Below the pieces are notes generated by a model, which ran no database searches, had not been told where the DNA came from, and was given only the letters and a program-made list of their open reading frames with translations. A DNA stretch of 64,000 nt from a bacterium (GTDB lineage: Bacteria; SAR324; NAC60-12): assembly GCA_965205865.1 (NCBI GenBank), contig CBDBHR010000030.1, positions 160,001 to 224,000 on the forward strand. Reading direction: 5' to 3'. Within the stretch, counting starts at the first letter, position 1; the number at the start of each line of letters is the position of its first letter. Below, in pieces: positions 49,892 through 59,761 of this stretch. The position numbers were made by a program, and so were the translations under genes.

Positions 49892-51385
49892 ATGTCGCTA
49901 AAAGCAATCGACGTGTATGCAGGGGGAGGCGGGTTGACCGTGGGCTTAAAGCGGACAGGCTTTAAGGTAGTGGCAGCAATAGAAAATGAAGAACATGCCT
50001 ACGCAACCTATCGGGCGAACCATCCGGAAGTCCACGCTTTAAAACAGGACGTGACGACCGTGTCAGGAAAGGATCTGCTAAAACTGACCGGTGAGAAGAG
50101 AATCGATTTGCTTGCAGGTTGCCCGCCTTGTCAAGGCTTCACCAGTTTGACCGCCAAGTATCGGAGAGATGACCATCGGAATACGTTGATTTTTGAAATG
50201 TCTCGTTTAGCCGAAGAGATACAGCCAAGGGCAATCATGATAGAAAACGTTCCTGGACTAGCCAAGAAGGGAGTCTTGCTGTACGAGGAATTAAAACGTC
50301 AACTTCGAGAACTCGGTTATGACCTGACCGATGACGTTTTGGAAGTTGCCGACTATGGGGTCCCGCAGTTCCGCCGACGTTTGGTATTGTTAGGTGGACT
50401 CGGTTTCGAGATTAGACTACCCAAGCCGACGCATTCCAAAGACGGCAAAAACGCATTGGTCCGCTGGAGAACCGTGAAAGATTCAATCGGCCAAATGGTC
50501 GATCCAGTTACCCTGCAAGACGCTAAGAGGCGCGGTGAAGTCCAACAATCGGATTGGCATGTCGTACGAACGCTTTCACCGGAGAACGTGAAGCGTATGA
50601 AGCTCGCGAAAGCAGGAAAGACCTGGACGAGTATACCTGAGACTTTAAGGCCCAACTGTCACCAAGGTGGCTACAACGGCTTTACGAACGTATACGGCCG
50701 TATGGAATGGGATCAGCCATCACCTACAATCACCGGTGGATGCACGACGTTCAGTAAAGGTCGGTTTGGACATCCGATAAAAGATAGAACGATCTCGGTT
50801 CGTGAAGCTGCTTTACTCCAAACCTTCCCAGAAAGTTATTGGTTCGATACGCCTTATATGGAACATGTCTGTAACGTAATCGGAAACGCGCTGCCATGCG
50901 ACTTCGCGGAAGCAATATCGCGTCAATGCCAAATGGAGTTGGTTGCTTCTGACAAGCGAAAATCCAATGAAAGAAGGGGTGACTTGCATGTTGATGAGAG
51001 AGTGTCGCTTCGTATGAAACGTGTGAAGCAGCGAGATACAACTCCTGAATTAGTCGTCAGAAAACTTCTTTTCGCAAAAGGCTACAGATACAGAATTCAT
51101 CGAGACGACCTTCCCGGCTCTCCGGACGTTGTTTTTCCGAGTAGACGAAAGGTTGTCTTCGTGCATGGCTGTTTTTGGCACGGTCACGAAAACTGCACTC
51201 GAGCGTCTTTGCCAAAATCGCGAACAAGGTATTGGGCAGATAGGATTGCCAAAAACCGAGAGCGAGACGTGCGATCTATCTCTGCTCTTGAGTTGTTGGG
51301 GTGGTCCGTTTACGTCGTATGGGAGTGCGAAACCAAGAACTTGAGTTCCTTGGAACAGCGCCTTTCATGTTTCTTGCAAGTATGA
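49892..51385 (+). CDS. DNA cytosine-5 methyltransferase fused to Vsr very-short-patch repair endonuclease
   Basis: YAGGGG, GCPPCQGF, ENV, PQFRRR, REAALLQTFP, IGNA; then in frame RMKRVKQRDTTPE, LPGSPD, FVHGCFWHGH, VWEC. Confidence 0.92.
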   Translation: MSLKAIDVYAGGGGLTVGLKRTGFKVVAAIENEEHAYATYRANHPEVHALKQDVTTVSGKDLLKLTGEKRIDLLAGCPPCQGFTSLTAKYRRDDHRNTLIFEMSRLAEEIQPRAIMIENVPGLAKKGVLLYEELKRQLRELGYDLTDDVLEVADYGVPQFRRRLVLLGGLGFEIRLPKPTHSKDGKNALVRWRTVKDSIGQMVDPVTLQDAKRRGEVQQSDWHVVRTLSPENVKRMKLAKAGKTWTSIPETLRPNCHQGGYNGFTNVYGRMEWDQPSPTITGGCTTFSKGRFGHPIKDRTISVREAALLQTFPESYWFDTPYMEHVCNVIGNALPCDFAEAISRQCQMELVASDKRKSNERRGDLHVDERVSLRMKRVKQRDTTPELVVRKLLFAKGYRYRIHRDDLPGSPDVVFPSRRKVVFVHGCFWHGHENCTRASLPKSRTRYWADRIAKNRERDVRSISALELLGWSVYVVWECETKNLSSLEQRLSCFLQV

Positions 51386-51410
51386 TGCACGTTTTAACAA
51401 ACGGTAACCC

Positions 51411-52964
51411 ATGCCCATCCTGCACTGGCTGACACGAGACGCTGACATCCGCGCAACCGCCGGCATGCACTATCGTCTACTAGAAGAAGACAACACCCTC
51501 TCCGCCAGCAACCAGGAAACAGGCAACATGCTGATCCAAGGCGACAATCTAGAGGCGTTAAAGGCGCTGCTGCCGTTCTATGCCGGGCGAGTAAAGTGCA
51601 TCTACATCGATCCACCGTACAACACGCGCTCGGCCTTCGAGTACTATGACGACAACCTGGAGCACACCAAATGGCTTGCGATGATGTGGCCGCGTCTGGA
51701 ATTGCTGCGTGACCTGCTCGCAGAGGACGGTTCAATTTGGGTGTCCATTGACGACAACGAGGCCCATTATCTTAAAGTCATCATGGATGAGCTTTTCGGA
51801 AGAAGAAACTTCGTGGCTAACGTGCTTTGGCAAAAAACCCACACGCGTGAGAATCGGACAGATGTCTCGGCTGTACATGATCATATTATTCTCTTTGCAA
51901 GGAATCGGGACGTCTGGAAAGAGATTCGGAATATTCTTCCCGCGTCAGAGAGTCAACTTGAGAGATTTACGAATCCTGATAGCGACCCACGAGGTTCTTG
52001 GTCTTCAATTCCAGCCCATGCGAAAGCTGAGAAGGGTCGCAGAAAGGAACAGTTTTTTACAGTGACAACCCCTTCAGGCCGCCAGGTTGATCCTCCTCTG
52101 GGGCGATGTTGGTTATATACTCAAGATCGTTTTTCAGAAATGGTTGCAGACAACCGCATATGGTTTGGAACCGAAGGCACCAATGTTCCCCGAGTAAAGA
52201 AATTCTTGGCAGAAGTTCAACAAGGACTCGTTCCATCTACACTCTGGCTTTACCAAGATGTCGGTACGACCGGAGAAGCAAAAAACGAAACCACAGGGCT
52301 GTTTCCCGGAGAAACACCTTTTTCAACCCCTAAACCCGAACGCCTCATTCAACGCATCCTCCACATCGCCACCAACCCCCGAGACATCGTGCTCGATTCT
52401 TTTCTCGGTTCAGGCACCACCGCGGCCGTGTCACACAAGATGGGCCGGTGTTACATCGGCATCGAAATGGGAGAGCACGCTGTCACGCATTGTGTGCCCC
52501 GCTTGCACAAGGTCATCGACGGCGAGCAGGGCGGCATCTCGAAAGTCGTCGGCTGGAAGGGCGGCGGTGGGTACCGCTTCTACCGCCTCGGCCCGCCCGT
52601 GTTCGACGCGGAAGGGCATATCCGCCAAGACATTCGATTTCCCATACTGGCCGCGCATGTCTGGTTCAGCGAGACCAGGTGTCCGTGGAACGGCAACGGC
52701 GGTTCGCCATTCCTTGGTCTGCACGACGGTCGCGCCTACATCCTACTCTACAACGGCATCCTCGGTGATAAACGGCCGCGCGGCGGCAACGTACTGACCC
52801 GCACTACGCTGGCCCTGGTACGCAAGGAGATCGCCAAGGCGAAGACGGGTTTCGACGGGGTGCTGATGGTCTATGGCGAGCAGTCGCGCCTGACGCCGGC
52901 GACGCTCGAACGCGAACACATCGTCTTCAAGCAGACGCCTTACGACATGAAGGTGAGAACCTGA
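51411..52964 (+). CDS. Type III restriction-modification Mod subunit (N6-adenine MTase, beta class)
   Basis: GDNLEAL, YIDPPYN, TPKPE.LI, VLDSFLGSGTT; adjacent to Res. Confidence 0.92.
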   Translation: MPILHWLTRDADIRATAGMHYRLLEEDNTLSASNQETGNMLIQGDNLEALKALLPFYAGRVKCIYIDPPYNTRSAFEYYDDNLEHTKWLAMMWPRLELLRDLLAEDGSIWVSIDDNEAHYLKVIMDELFGRRNFVANVLWQKTHTRENRTDVSAVHDHIILFARNRDVWKEIRNILPASESQLERFTNPDSDPRGSWSSIPAHAKAEKGRRKEQFFTVTTPSGRQVDPPLGRCWLYTQDRFSEMVADNRIWFGTEGTNVPRVKKFLAEVQQGLVPSTLWLYQDVGTTGEAKNETTGLFPGETPFSTPKPERLIQRILHIATNPRDIVLDSFLGSGTTAAVSHKMGRCYIGIEMGEHAVTHCVPRLHKVIDGEQGGISKVVGWKGGGGYRFYRLGPPVFDAEGHIRQDIRFPILAAHVWFSETRCPWNGNGGSPFLGLHDGRAYILLYNGILGDKRPRGGNVLTRTTLALVRKEIAKAKTGFDGVLMVYGEQSRLTPATLEREHIVFKQTPYDMKVRT

Positions 52965-52966
52965 CC

Positions 52967-55618
52967 ATGCAGCTCAAGCAATACCAGACCAATACGTTGG
53001 CCGTGCTACGTCGCTTTTTTGAGGAAACCCGCGTCGCCGGTGCAGTGCATGCCTATGAGGCTATCACCCAGGAGCCGGATCAGGTCGGGCGTCTTGGAAA
53101 CTATGCCGGGGTCTACGCGCCGCTGGCTGAACTGCCGCTTGTGCCTTACGTTTGCCTGCGTCTACCTACCGGCGGGGGCAAGACGATCCTTGCCGCACAT
53201 GCAGTCTCCATCGCCTGCCATGCTTGGATTGAGAAGGACTATCCATTGGTGCTCTGGCTAGTGCCGAGCAATACCATTCGTTTGCAGACTGTCGAGGCGT
53301 TGAAAAATGCCCGTCATGCGTATCGGCAGGTGTTGGACGACTCGTTTGACGGCCGGGTGCGCGTGTTCGACATTGTCGACTTTACCCATATACGACCTCA
53401 CGACCTGCGCGATCACTGTTGCATCGTGGTCGGTACTATTCAGACGCTGCGGGTCAAGAGTACCGAGGGACGCAAGGTTTACGCCCACAACGAGGAGATG
53501 GAACCGCACTTTTCGGTAGCGTCAAAAACAGCGACAGGACTGGAAAAGTTGGAAAATGGCGCTGTCAAGTATTCCTTCGCCAATCTGCTACACCTCCACC
53601 GCCCACTGATGATAGTGGACGAAGCGCACAACGCTGTTACGGGTCTGACACGGGAAATGCAAGCGCGGGTGAATCCGTGCGCGATCATAGAGTTCACGGC
53701 AACACCCCGGCTCATGTCGAACATTCTGTACAGCGTCACCGCCCAAGAACTCAAACGTGAAGACATGATCAAGTTGCCGATCAAGCTATCCGAACATGAC
53801 ACTTGGCAGAACGCAGTAAATGGGGCTATTGCCGCCCGCGCCTCGCTTGCCATGGTTGCCAAGAAGGATGCTGATTTCATACGTCCCATTGTCTTGTTCC
53901 AAGCGCAGCCGAAAAACCAGGGAATTACGGTCGGAGAACTGAAGAAGCACTTGATGGAAGTCGAACAGATCCCCACAAGTCAGATCGCCATTGCCACCGG
54001 CGATCAGCGTGGACTATACGGCATCGACCTGTTTGACCCGACCTGCCCTATTGAATACGTCATCACCATCAAGGCGTTAAAAGAAGGCTGGGACTGCTCC
54101 TTCGCCTATATTTTCTGTTCCGTCTCGAGAATCCACAGCGCGGTGGATGTTGAACAGCTTCTTGGCCGCGTACTGCGTATGCCATATGCCAAGCGGCGTA
54201 AGGCTACCGAATTGAACAAGGCTTATGCTTACCTGTCCGAACCCTCCTTCGGCGAAGCGGCCCGAGCTCTGGCGGATAAGCTGGTGGGTATGGGTTTCGA
54301 GGAGGACGAGGCGCTTGACAGCATAGAGTCAGTTCAACTAGAACTTGGCGATTGGGACGACCTATTCGGTCCACGCGAACGACCCAAGCCAACCTTGAGG
54401 TGCACCATGACTGCGTCGCCGGAAGTCCTCTCAGCTTTGCAGGGCGTCAAGCACGACAGGATGAAGGTTCGTCAGACTGCTGACGGACTGGTCGAGATCG
54501 TCGTCACCGGCGGTGTGGATAATCGCTTGGAAGGGATGATCTACAAAGCGATCCCAGAAGCAGAACGCCAAGGTGTCGCCGAGGCTATTTCAACTTATCA
54601 AGTCGAGGTAAAAGACCAGTTGTCACCTGCGGAACGAGGCGAAAAGTTCAAGGTTCCGCGTCTCATGGCGAAAATCCAGGGAGAGTTGGGGTTCGCAGAT
54701 GTCGATGTGTTCATGGAGTTTCACGATTGGTCTCTGCTCAACCATTCGCCGAAAATGAACGAGCGTGAATTTACGATCCGTGAGACGGCACGCAGCTTCG
54801 AGATCGACATCGATGGCAGGCATGTCAGATACCAGTTCTCCGGCGAGGAGGAACAACTAACGCTGAACGTAGACGTGGAAGGCTGGACACCTGAAGCCCT
54901 GGTCCTGTGGCTCGACCAGCAAGTGCGCCAGCCTGACGTCGCTCAGCGCGACTTGCTCAAGTGGCTTTCCAATCTCGTTGGCCACCTGAGCATCGCACGC
55001 GGTCTGCCTATCGCTGCGCTTATGCGCTGCAAGTTTATCTTGGCGCGAAAGATACGGGACAAGATTTCTGAAATTCGCCGACAAGAACGGAAGAGCACCT
55101 ATCAGCGGTGTCTCTTCGCACCGGAGGCAAAAGTCGACATATCCTTTGACAACGCCTTTTTGTTCAAAGATGGGAAGTATCGGGACCAGAGGCGATACCG
55201 GGGGCACTGGAAACCACGGAAACATTTTTTTGGCCCGGATCACGTTCCAGCCTTCGACGGCCTGGACGATGGTGAGGAAGTCCAGTGCGCCCGAACCATT
55301 GACAGTTTGCCCAATGTAACCTACTGGATTCGTAACGTGGCACGAAATTCAGATTCATTCTGGTTGCCTACTGCGACAGACAAATTCTACCCTGACTTCG
55401 TATCGTTGCTGGACGACGGTCGTCTTCTCGTCGTCGAGTACAAGGGTGCGCATATCGCTGACGGATCCGATACTGCCGAGAAGCGGGTAATTGGTGAGCT
55501 TTGGCAACGACAAAGCGGGGGCAGGGGCCTGTTCATGGTGGCGGAGAAACGCATTAATGGGAAGGATGTGCGACAGCAGCTGATGGAAAAGTGTGGTAAC
55601 ATCGTTGGCCATACATAG
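52967..55618 (+). CDS. Type III restriction-modification Res subunit (SF2 helicase plus endonuclease)
   Basis: PTGGGKT, VDEAH, FTATP, LKEGWD, QLLGRVLR, YPDFV...VVEYKG. Confidence 0.92.
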   Translation: MQLKQYQTNTLAVLRRFFEETRVAGAVHAYEAITQEPDQVGRLGNYAGVYAPLAELPLVPYVCLRLPTGGGKTILAAHAVSIACHAWIEKDYPLVLWLVPSNTIRLQTVEALKNARHAYRQVLDDSFDGRVRVFDIVDFTHIRPHDLRDHCCIVVGTIQTLRVKSTEGRKVYAHNEEMEPHFSVASKTATGLEKLENGAVKYSFANLLHLHRPLMIVDEAHNAVTGLTREMQARVNPCAIIEFTATPRLMSNILYSVTAQELKREDMIKLPIKLSEHDTWQNAVNGAIAARASLAMVAKKDADFIRPIVLFQAQPKNQGITVGELKKHLMEVEQIPTSQIAIATGDQRGLYGIDLFDPTCPIEYVITIKALKEGWDCSFAYIFCSVSRIHSAVDVEQLLGRVLRMPYAKRRKATELNKAYAYLSEPSFGEAARALADKLVGMGFEEDEALDSIESVQLELGDWDDLFGPRERPKPTLRCTMTASPEVLSALQGVKHDRMKVRQTADGLVEIVVTGGVDNRLEGMIYKAIPEAERQGVAEAISTYQVEVKDQLSPAERGEKFKVPRLMAKIQGELGFADVDVFMEFHDWSLLNHSPKMNEREFTIRETARSFEIDIDGRHVRYQFSGEEEQLTLNVDVEGWTPEALVLWLDQQVRQPDVAQRDLLKWLSNLVGHLSIARGLPIAALMRCKFILARKIRDKISEIRRQERKSTYQRCLFAPEAKVDISFDNAFLFKDGKYRDQRRYRGHWKPRKHFFGPDHVPAFDGLDDGEEVQCARTIDSLPNVTYWIRNVARNSDSFWLPTATDKFYPDFVSLLDDGRLLVVEYKGAHIADGSDTAEKRVIGELWQRQSGGRGLFMVAEKRINGKDVRQQLMEKCGNIVGHT

Positions 55619-55686
55619 TGAGATGAGCAGCATAAAAATCGGTTGCCAGTCAATGCACCACTTGTGGAAAAGCTTCAAGTGAATGA

Positions 55687-55820
55687 TTGAAAGCCCATTT
55701 CATGCGTGTGTTCGATTTGGGAGCGGCGATTGTCTACAATGTCCCCAGTCGAACCAGACAGGACCTCCCGCCTGAGTTGATGCAAGAATTGGCGGAGCAT
55801 CTAAACTTTAAGGGATCAAG
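55687..55820 (+). pseudogene. Diverged duplicate of an internal dapA segment
   Basis: LKAHFMRVFDLGAAIVYNVPSRTRQDLPPELMQELAEHLNFKG matches dapA at about 46735-46870. Confidence 0.9.
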
Positions 55821-56682
55821 GCCAATTGGGTCCTCTTGAAAAATAAACTCAGCAATCGCTTTGCTTACAATCTGCCTTTTTCAAACCAGCACAAAAGAAG
55901 AGCAATAAAAAATTGAGCAGGCCGCATAAACCCTCAAGAAACCTTCCAAAAAATCAATAAAGTCCGTCGTAGAATTCCCTTGACACACCAATTTTTGTGA
56001 AATTTTTAATTTTTCTTCTATGAAAGCATCTGTCAAGAAGGTAGTGAAAAAAAATCTAACCAGCCTACTATTCGTGGTCCCGAAAGCCAATATGTTACTT
56101 TTTCGAAGTGGATTGAATAAAACTGGAGTTGGCATACTTCAGGAAGTTGCTTGGAGTCAACAAGGGGAACTCCGCTATACTCCCTCACTTCGAGGATAAG
56201 GTGTTGAAATTTTTCAAGTTTCTATACATAAATTTAATGTTAACTTTTTTTCATAGCGGTCTCCTGTCAAAGAGTTGTTTGAATTTTGACAAACTTCATT
56301 ATTATCACAACCCCCGGAGACTGTCTGTTTTACATAGTAACTATGTTGCTGTTGTGCTGTCTGGAAGGTTCAAAATGACACAGTGTACAATTGAATTTAG
56401 AGTGTCTGCCAACAGAAGCAAATCAGACAACGATTTTTCACGAGGAAACTAGTATTTCGCTAGATCAATGGGAATGGACAAAGCATTGATCCGATTGGTT
56501 TAAGGTTGAGTTCACATGAAAAATAGTTGTTACGAGTGCTTTGATCAACGTGGGAAATTCACGATACAGGATCGGCGCCAAATTGCTCATCCACAGAATT
56601 TGAAAAAAACTCAACCAGTACAACCATATTGTAACGAAAATTTATCTCATCACACTATGTCTACACTTAGAAGGAGTTTGCC

Positions 56683-57180
56683 ATGTCGGACAAGTCGGAC
56701 AAATTAGCTATCGTCGCCTGTTGGTCCCCTATCTTGCAGGCTCTGTTCACATTAGTAATTGCTGTGTCCAGTGGTTGGTGGGCGTACACTACTTACATGA
56801 ACGACCAAAAACGTTTCGAGGAGCAGAAGAATCGGGATCGGTATGAGACTCAGAAAGAGGCCATCTCTCAGATGAGCCGCCAGCTTGGATTAATGAAGGC
56901 TCAATGCCCCGAGAGTTCGTTGCTAGACCTCGCAGACGAGATATCGAGCCTCGATAAACGGTGCTTTGAGGCGTACATTGGTGCACGCTCACTCTTCTTT
57001 TTGTCGAGAGTTCGGATTTTCCGCTCGCTCAAAATGGAAGAGTCTGAATGGAATAAGCTTTGGAAATCCCTGGAAGACTCGCTAATTAACGCGGGGACAA
57101 GTAAATACGATGCGAGCACGGTGTCAATACTTTGGGAAGGTATCGTCAATAAATCGGAACAACCTAGTGGGGGGATGTGA
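56683..57180 (+). CDS. Hypothetical membrane-anchored protein
   Basis: SD AAGGAG; one N-terminal TM helix followed by a helical domain. Confidence 0.75.
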   Translation: MSDKSDKLAIVACWSPILQALFTLVIAVSSGWWAYTTYMNDQKRFEEQKNRDRYETQKEAISQMSRQLGLMKAQCPESSLLDLADEISSLDKRCFEAYIGARSLFFLSRVRIFRSLKMEESEWNKLWKSLEDSLINAGTSKYDASTVSILWEGIVNKSEQPSGGM

Positions 57181-57181
57181 C

Positions 57182-58018
57182 ATGTGGAACGGATGCGTAT
57201 GTAAAGTGTGGAACCAGACCCTTCTCGTGTTTGGTGTGTTGCTGGTGGCGGTGATGGGGAATGTACAAGGTCAGGTACAGCCAGAGCAAGAACGAAATCA
57301 GGAAAAGAAGGACGCGCTTGAATTCCTTGAGGTTTGCAAATCTGGTAATAACTCGTTCGTCACAGTAACGTTTACCCCGGTTCGCAGACTTCGACAAGAT
57401 GAAAAGCCTCAGTGCGGTACTTGGCGGTACATCTACACCGATCAGCAGTACACCGACAACAAATACGACCTGACAAATGGGAACCAGATACACTTCGTCT
57501 CGACCCTGAGTCGTCCGACATCTGAGGATCTTCCGCAATACTTGTGGCATGTCATCTCCGTGCCGAGTCCGATCAATAATGCAATGGCGGACAGAAGAAC
57601 GGGATTCATAGCTCGCCATAAGAAGTTTTATGATATAGAAGGTGAATGGACGACCGAAGAATATTATGATTATTTAAGGCGTTCCATCGTCGATACGAAT
57701 AGTGGAGGCTCGTTTCCAGTCTACTTGAGGAAGGATGGGATGAACGAACGACGAATTCCGAAAATTAGAGAGATTTGGGAAGAGACCTTCGGGAGAGCCA
57801 TGGAAGTCCTAGTCCTGAATTCCTATACAGCGTACTCATCTGGTTACACGCACACTTTTATCTATCAAGATACCCCCGGAAATTCAAAATCTATCGGGGG
57901 ATGCGGAGACCGTCGTAATTCATCTCGCTACGTGCAGGTGCCCGGCACAGCATTCGGGTTTGTACTCGATGATAAGGGCAATTGCTTGGCGGGGACGACG
58001 ATGGAGTTGGTGCCATGA
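57182..58018 (+). CDS. Hypothetical exported protein
   Basis: ATG 57182 just after the upstream stop; signal-peptide-like segment; several Cys. Confidence 0.75.
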   Translation: MWNGCVCKVWNQTLLVFGVLLVAVMGNVQGQVQPEQERNQEKKDALEFLEVCKSGNNSFVTVTFTPVRRLRQDEKPQCGTWRYIYTDQQYTDNKYDLTNGNQIHFVSTLSRPTSEDLPQYLWHVISVPSPINNAMADRRTGFIARHKKFYDIEGEWTTEEYYDYLRRSIVDTNSGGSFPVYLRKDGMNERRIPKIREIWEETFGRAMEVLVLNSYTAYSSGYTHTFIYQDTPGNSKSIGGCGDRRNSSRYVQVPGTAFGFVLDDKGNCLAGTTMELVP

Positions 58019-58337
58019 ATAAGAGGCGACTCACAGATGATCAGATTATCGATTTTTTGAAACAGGCAGAAGCATGGGAAAAGACTACCGTCTTGTGCCG
58101 CCATTTGGGAATCACGAAACAGACGTTTTATTGATGGAAAGTGTAACTATTCAGGTGCGAAAACACTGGGCTAGAGGTCGACAGAACCTCTAAATTGCGT
58201 CAAAATATCTCAAAAGTGGATGATTTAGTGCGCTTTTTCAAAGGGAAATGCCCGCAAGCCCAGGAAACCCGCACCTGAATAGTTACTGGAAAGCCACATA
58301 CGCAGGCATGAAGGTGTTCGAAGCGAAACGGCGTCTT
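58015..58337 (+). pseudogene. IS3-family OrfA remnant interrupted by a MITE
   Basis: MNKRRLTDDQIIDFLKQAEA...LCRHLGITKQTFY*WK [MITE] ATYAGMKVFEAKR; HTH pattern of IS3/IS407 OrfA. Confidence 0.8.
58143..58286. mobile_element. MITE family D (144 bp)
   Basis: Perfect 17-bp TIRs GTAACTATTCAGGTGCG / CGCACCTGAATAGTTAC; flanking TGGAAAG(T/C) target duplication. Confidence 0.93.
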
Positions 58338-58639
58338 GTAGTGTTCCTGATGGACATTAATTCACAACCCACGTCACAGTTTTCTATTTCGCTTACTCTC
58401 AGAAACGTTCCACTGGGTTATGTCCAGCCCGTTTCACGGTTCTGGTCTGCTGGCTGGTTGGTGACCTAGAGGTTGCGCCCGATTTTCGATATGACTGATC
58501 TCGCTTGTAGTAGACACATTGGTACGGCGGAATGGGGGTCAGGCCTTTGATTATTTGATTAGAAAGTGATTAGGAATGAGTCCAGTTTTTTTGCCCCCTT
58601 TTCATTAAATCAAAAGCCTGATAAACATCTAGCAGGAGG

Positions 58640-59621
58640 TGAGACATCGTCCCAGATTATGGTAATATTTATTTTTCACCCATAAATATTTTTACCATAA
58701 CAAGGAGATGTCTCATGAGAGAATTATATGCAGGAATTAATTTACATTCAAACAATAATTACCTTTGTATCATTGATGAAGCGGATAAGCGGCTACATGA
58801 AGTGAAATTAGAGAATAATCTAAGGGCGGTTTTGTTTGCTCTGTTTCCTTATAAAGATGATTTAGTAGGAACGGTGGTGGAATCGACGTTCAATTGGTAT
58901 TGGTTAGTCGATGGACTGATGGAAGCGGGATATCAGGTTCATTTGGCCAATCCGGCTAAAAATGTTCAATATTCTGGACTGAAACATAGCAATGATAAGT
59001 ATGACGCTTTCTGGTTGGCTCATCTTCTGCGGCTTAATATACTGGCGGGAGGTTATATTTATCCGAAAGAAGAGCGCGCGGTTCGAGATGAAAATAGTTC
59101 CCGCTGATCTTCCTTATATGCTAAAAAATGAGGACAAGATTATGGCCTTGGAGAGCAATCTCATGATGATCCATATTCTGAAGGAACGAATAAAACAGGT
59201 GGAAAAGCGGATTCGTCAACGCATCCAATTAAAACCAGAGTATAAAAAATTGTTAACCGTCTCAGGGATCAGAACAATCCTCGCCTTAACAGTCATGTTA
59301 GAAACAGGAGAGATTAGTCGATTTCCCGGCGTGAGCGATTTTGTTTCTTATTGTCGAAATGCTCCCAGTAAAATAACATCCAATGGCAAAAAGAAAGGAG
59401 AAGGGAATCGGAAAAATGGTAACAAATACTTAGCCTGGGCTTTTGTGGAAGCGGCTCATTTTTCCCTCATCCATAGTGAGCTGGCGCGACGGTATTACCA
59501 GAAAAAAATATCAAAAACGAAGACGGTGGTGGCAATCAAAGCCTTAGCCAGTAAACTGGCGCGAGCAAGCTATTTTGTCATGAGAGATCAAGTGGATTTT
59601 AGAGATTCAGAGCTATCTTGA
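58640..59621 (+). mobile_element. IS110-family element, transposase pseudogene
   Basis: YAGINLH (first catalytic D replaced by N), VVEST.NWYWL, NDKYDA, SYC..AP....SNGK, GNKYLAWAFVEAA; internal deletion and frameshift near 59090. Confidence 0.9.
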
Positions 59622-59761
59622 AAAACAAAAAAAAGACTGAAACCAAGCACAACAAAACCGAGAGAGCCAAGAAACCCTCTGACAAGAAGCCCGGTTGTGT
59701 GACACGGTAGGCAGAGGACAGGGGACCCCTAAAGCAGTCCCCCATCCTGGAAGTAAGTATA

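Noticed and set aside
55860-56680. Several 60-107 aa ORFs in an AT-rich spacer
   Set aside because: No motifs and weak starts; probably non-coding or heavily decayed
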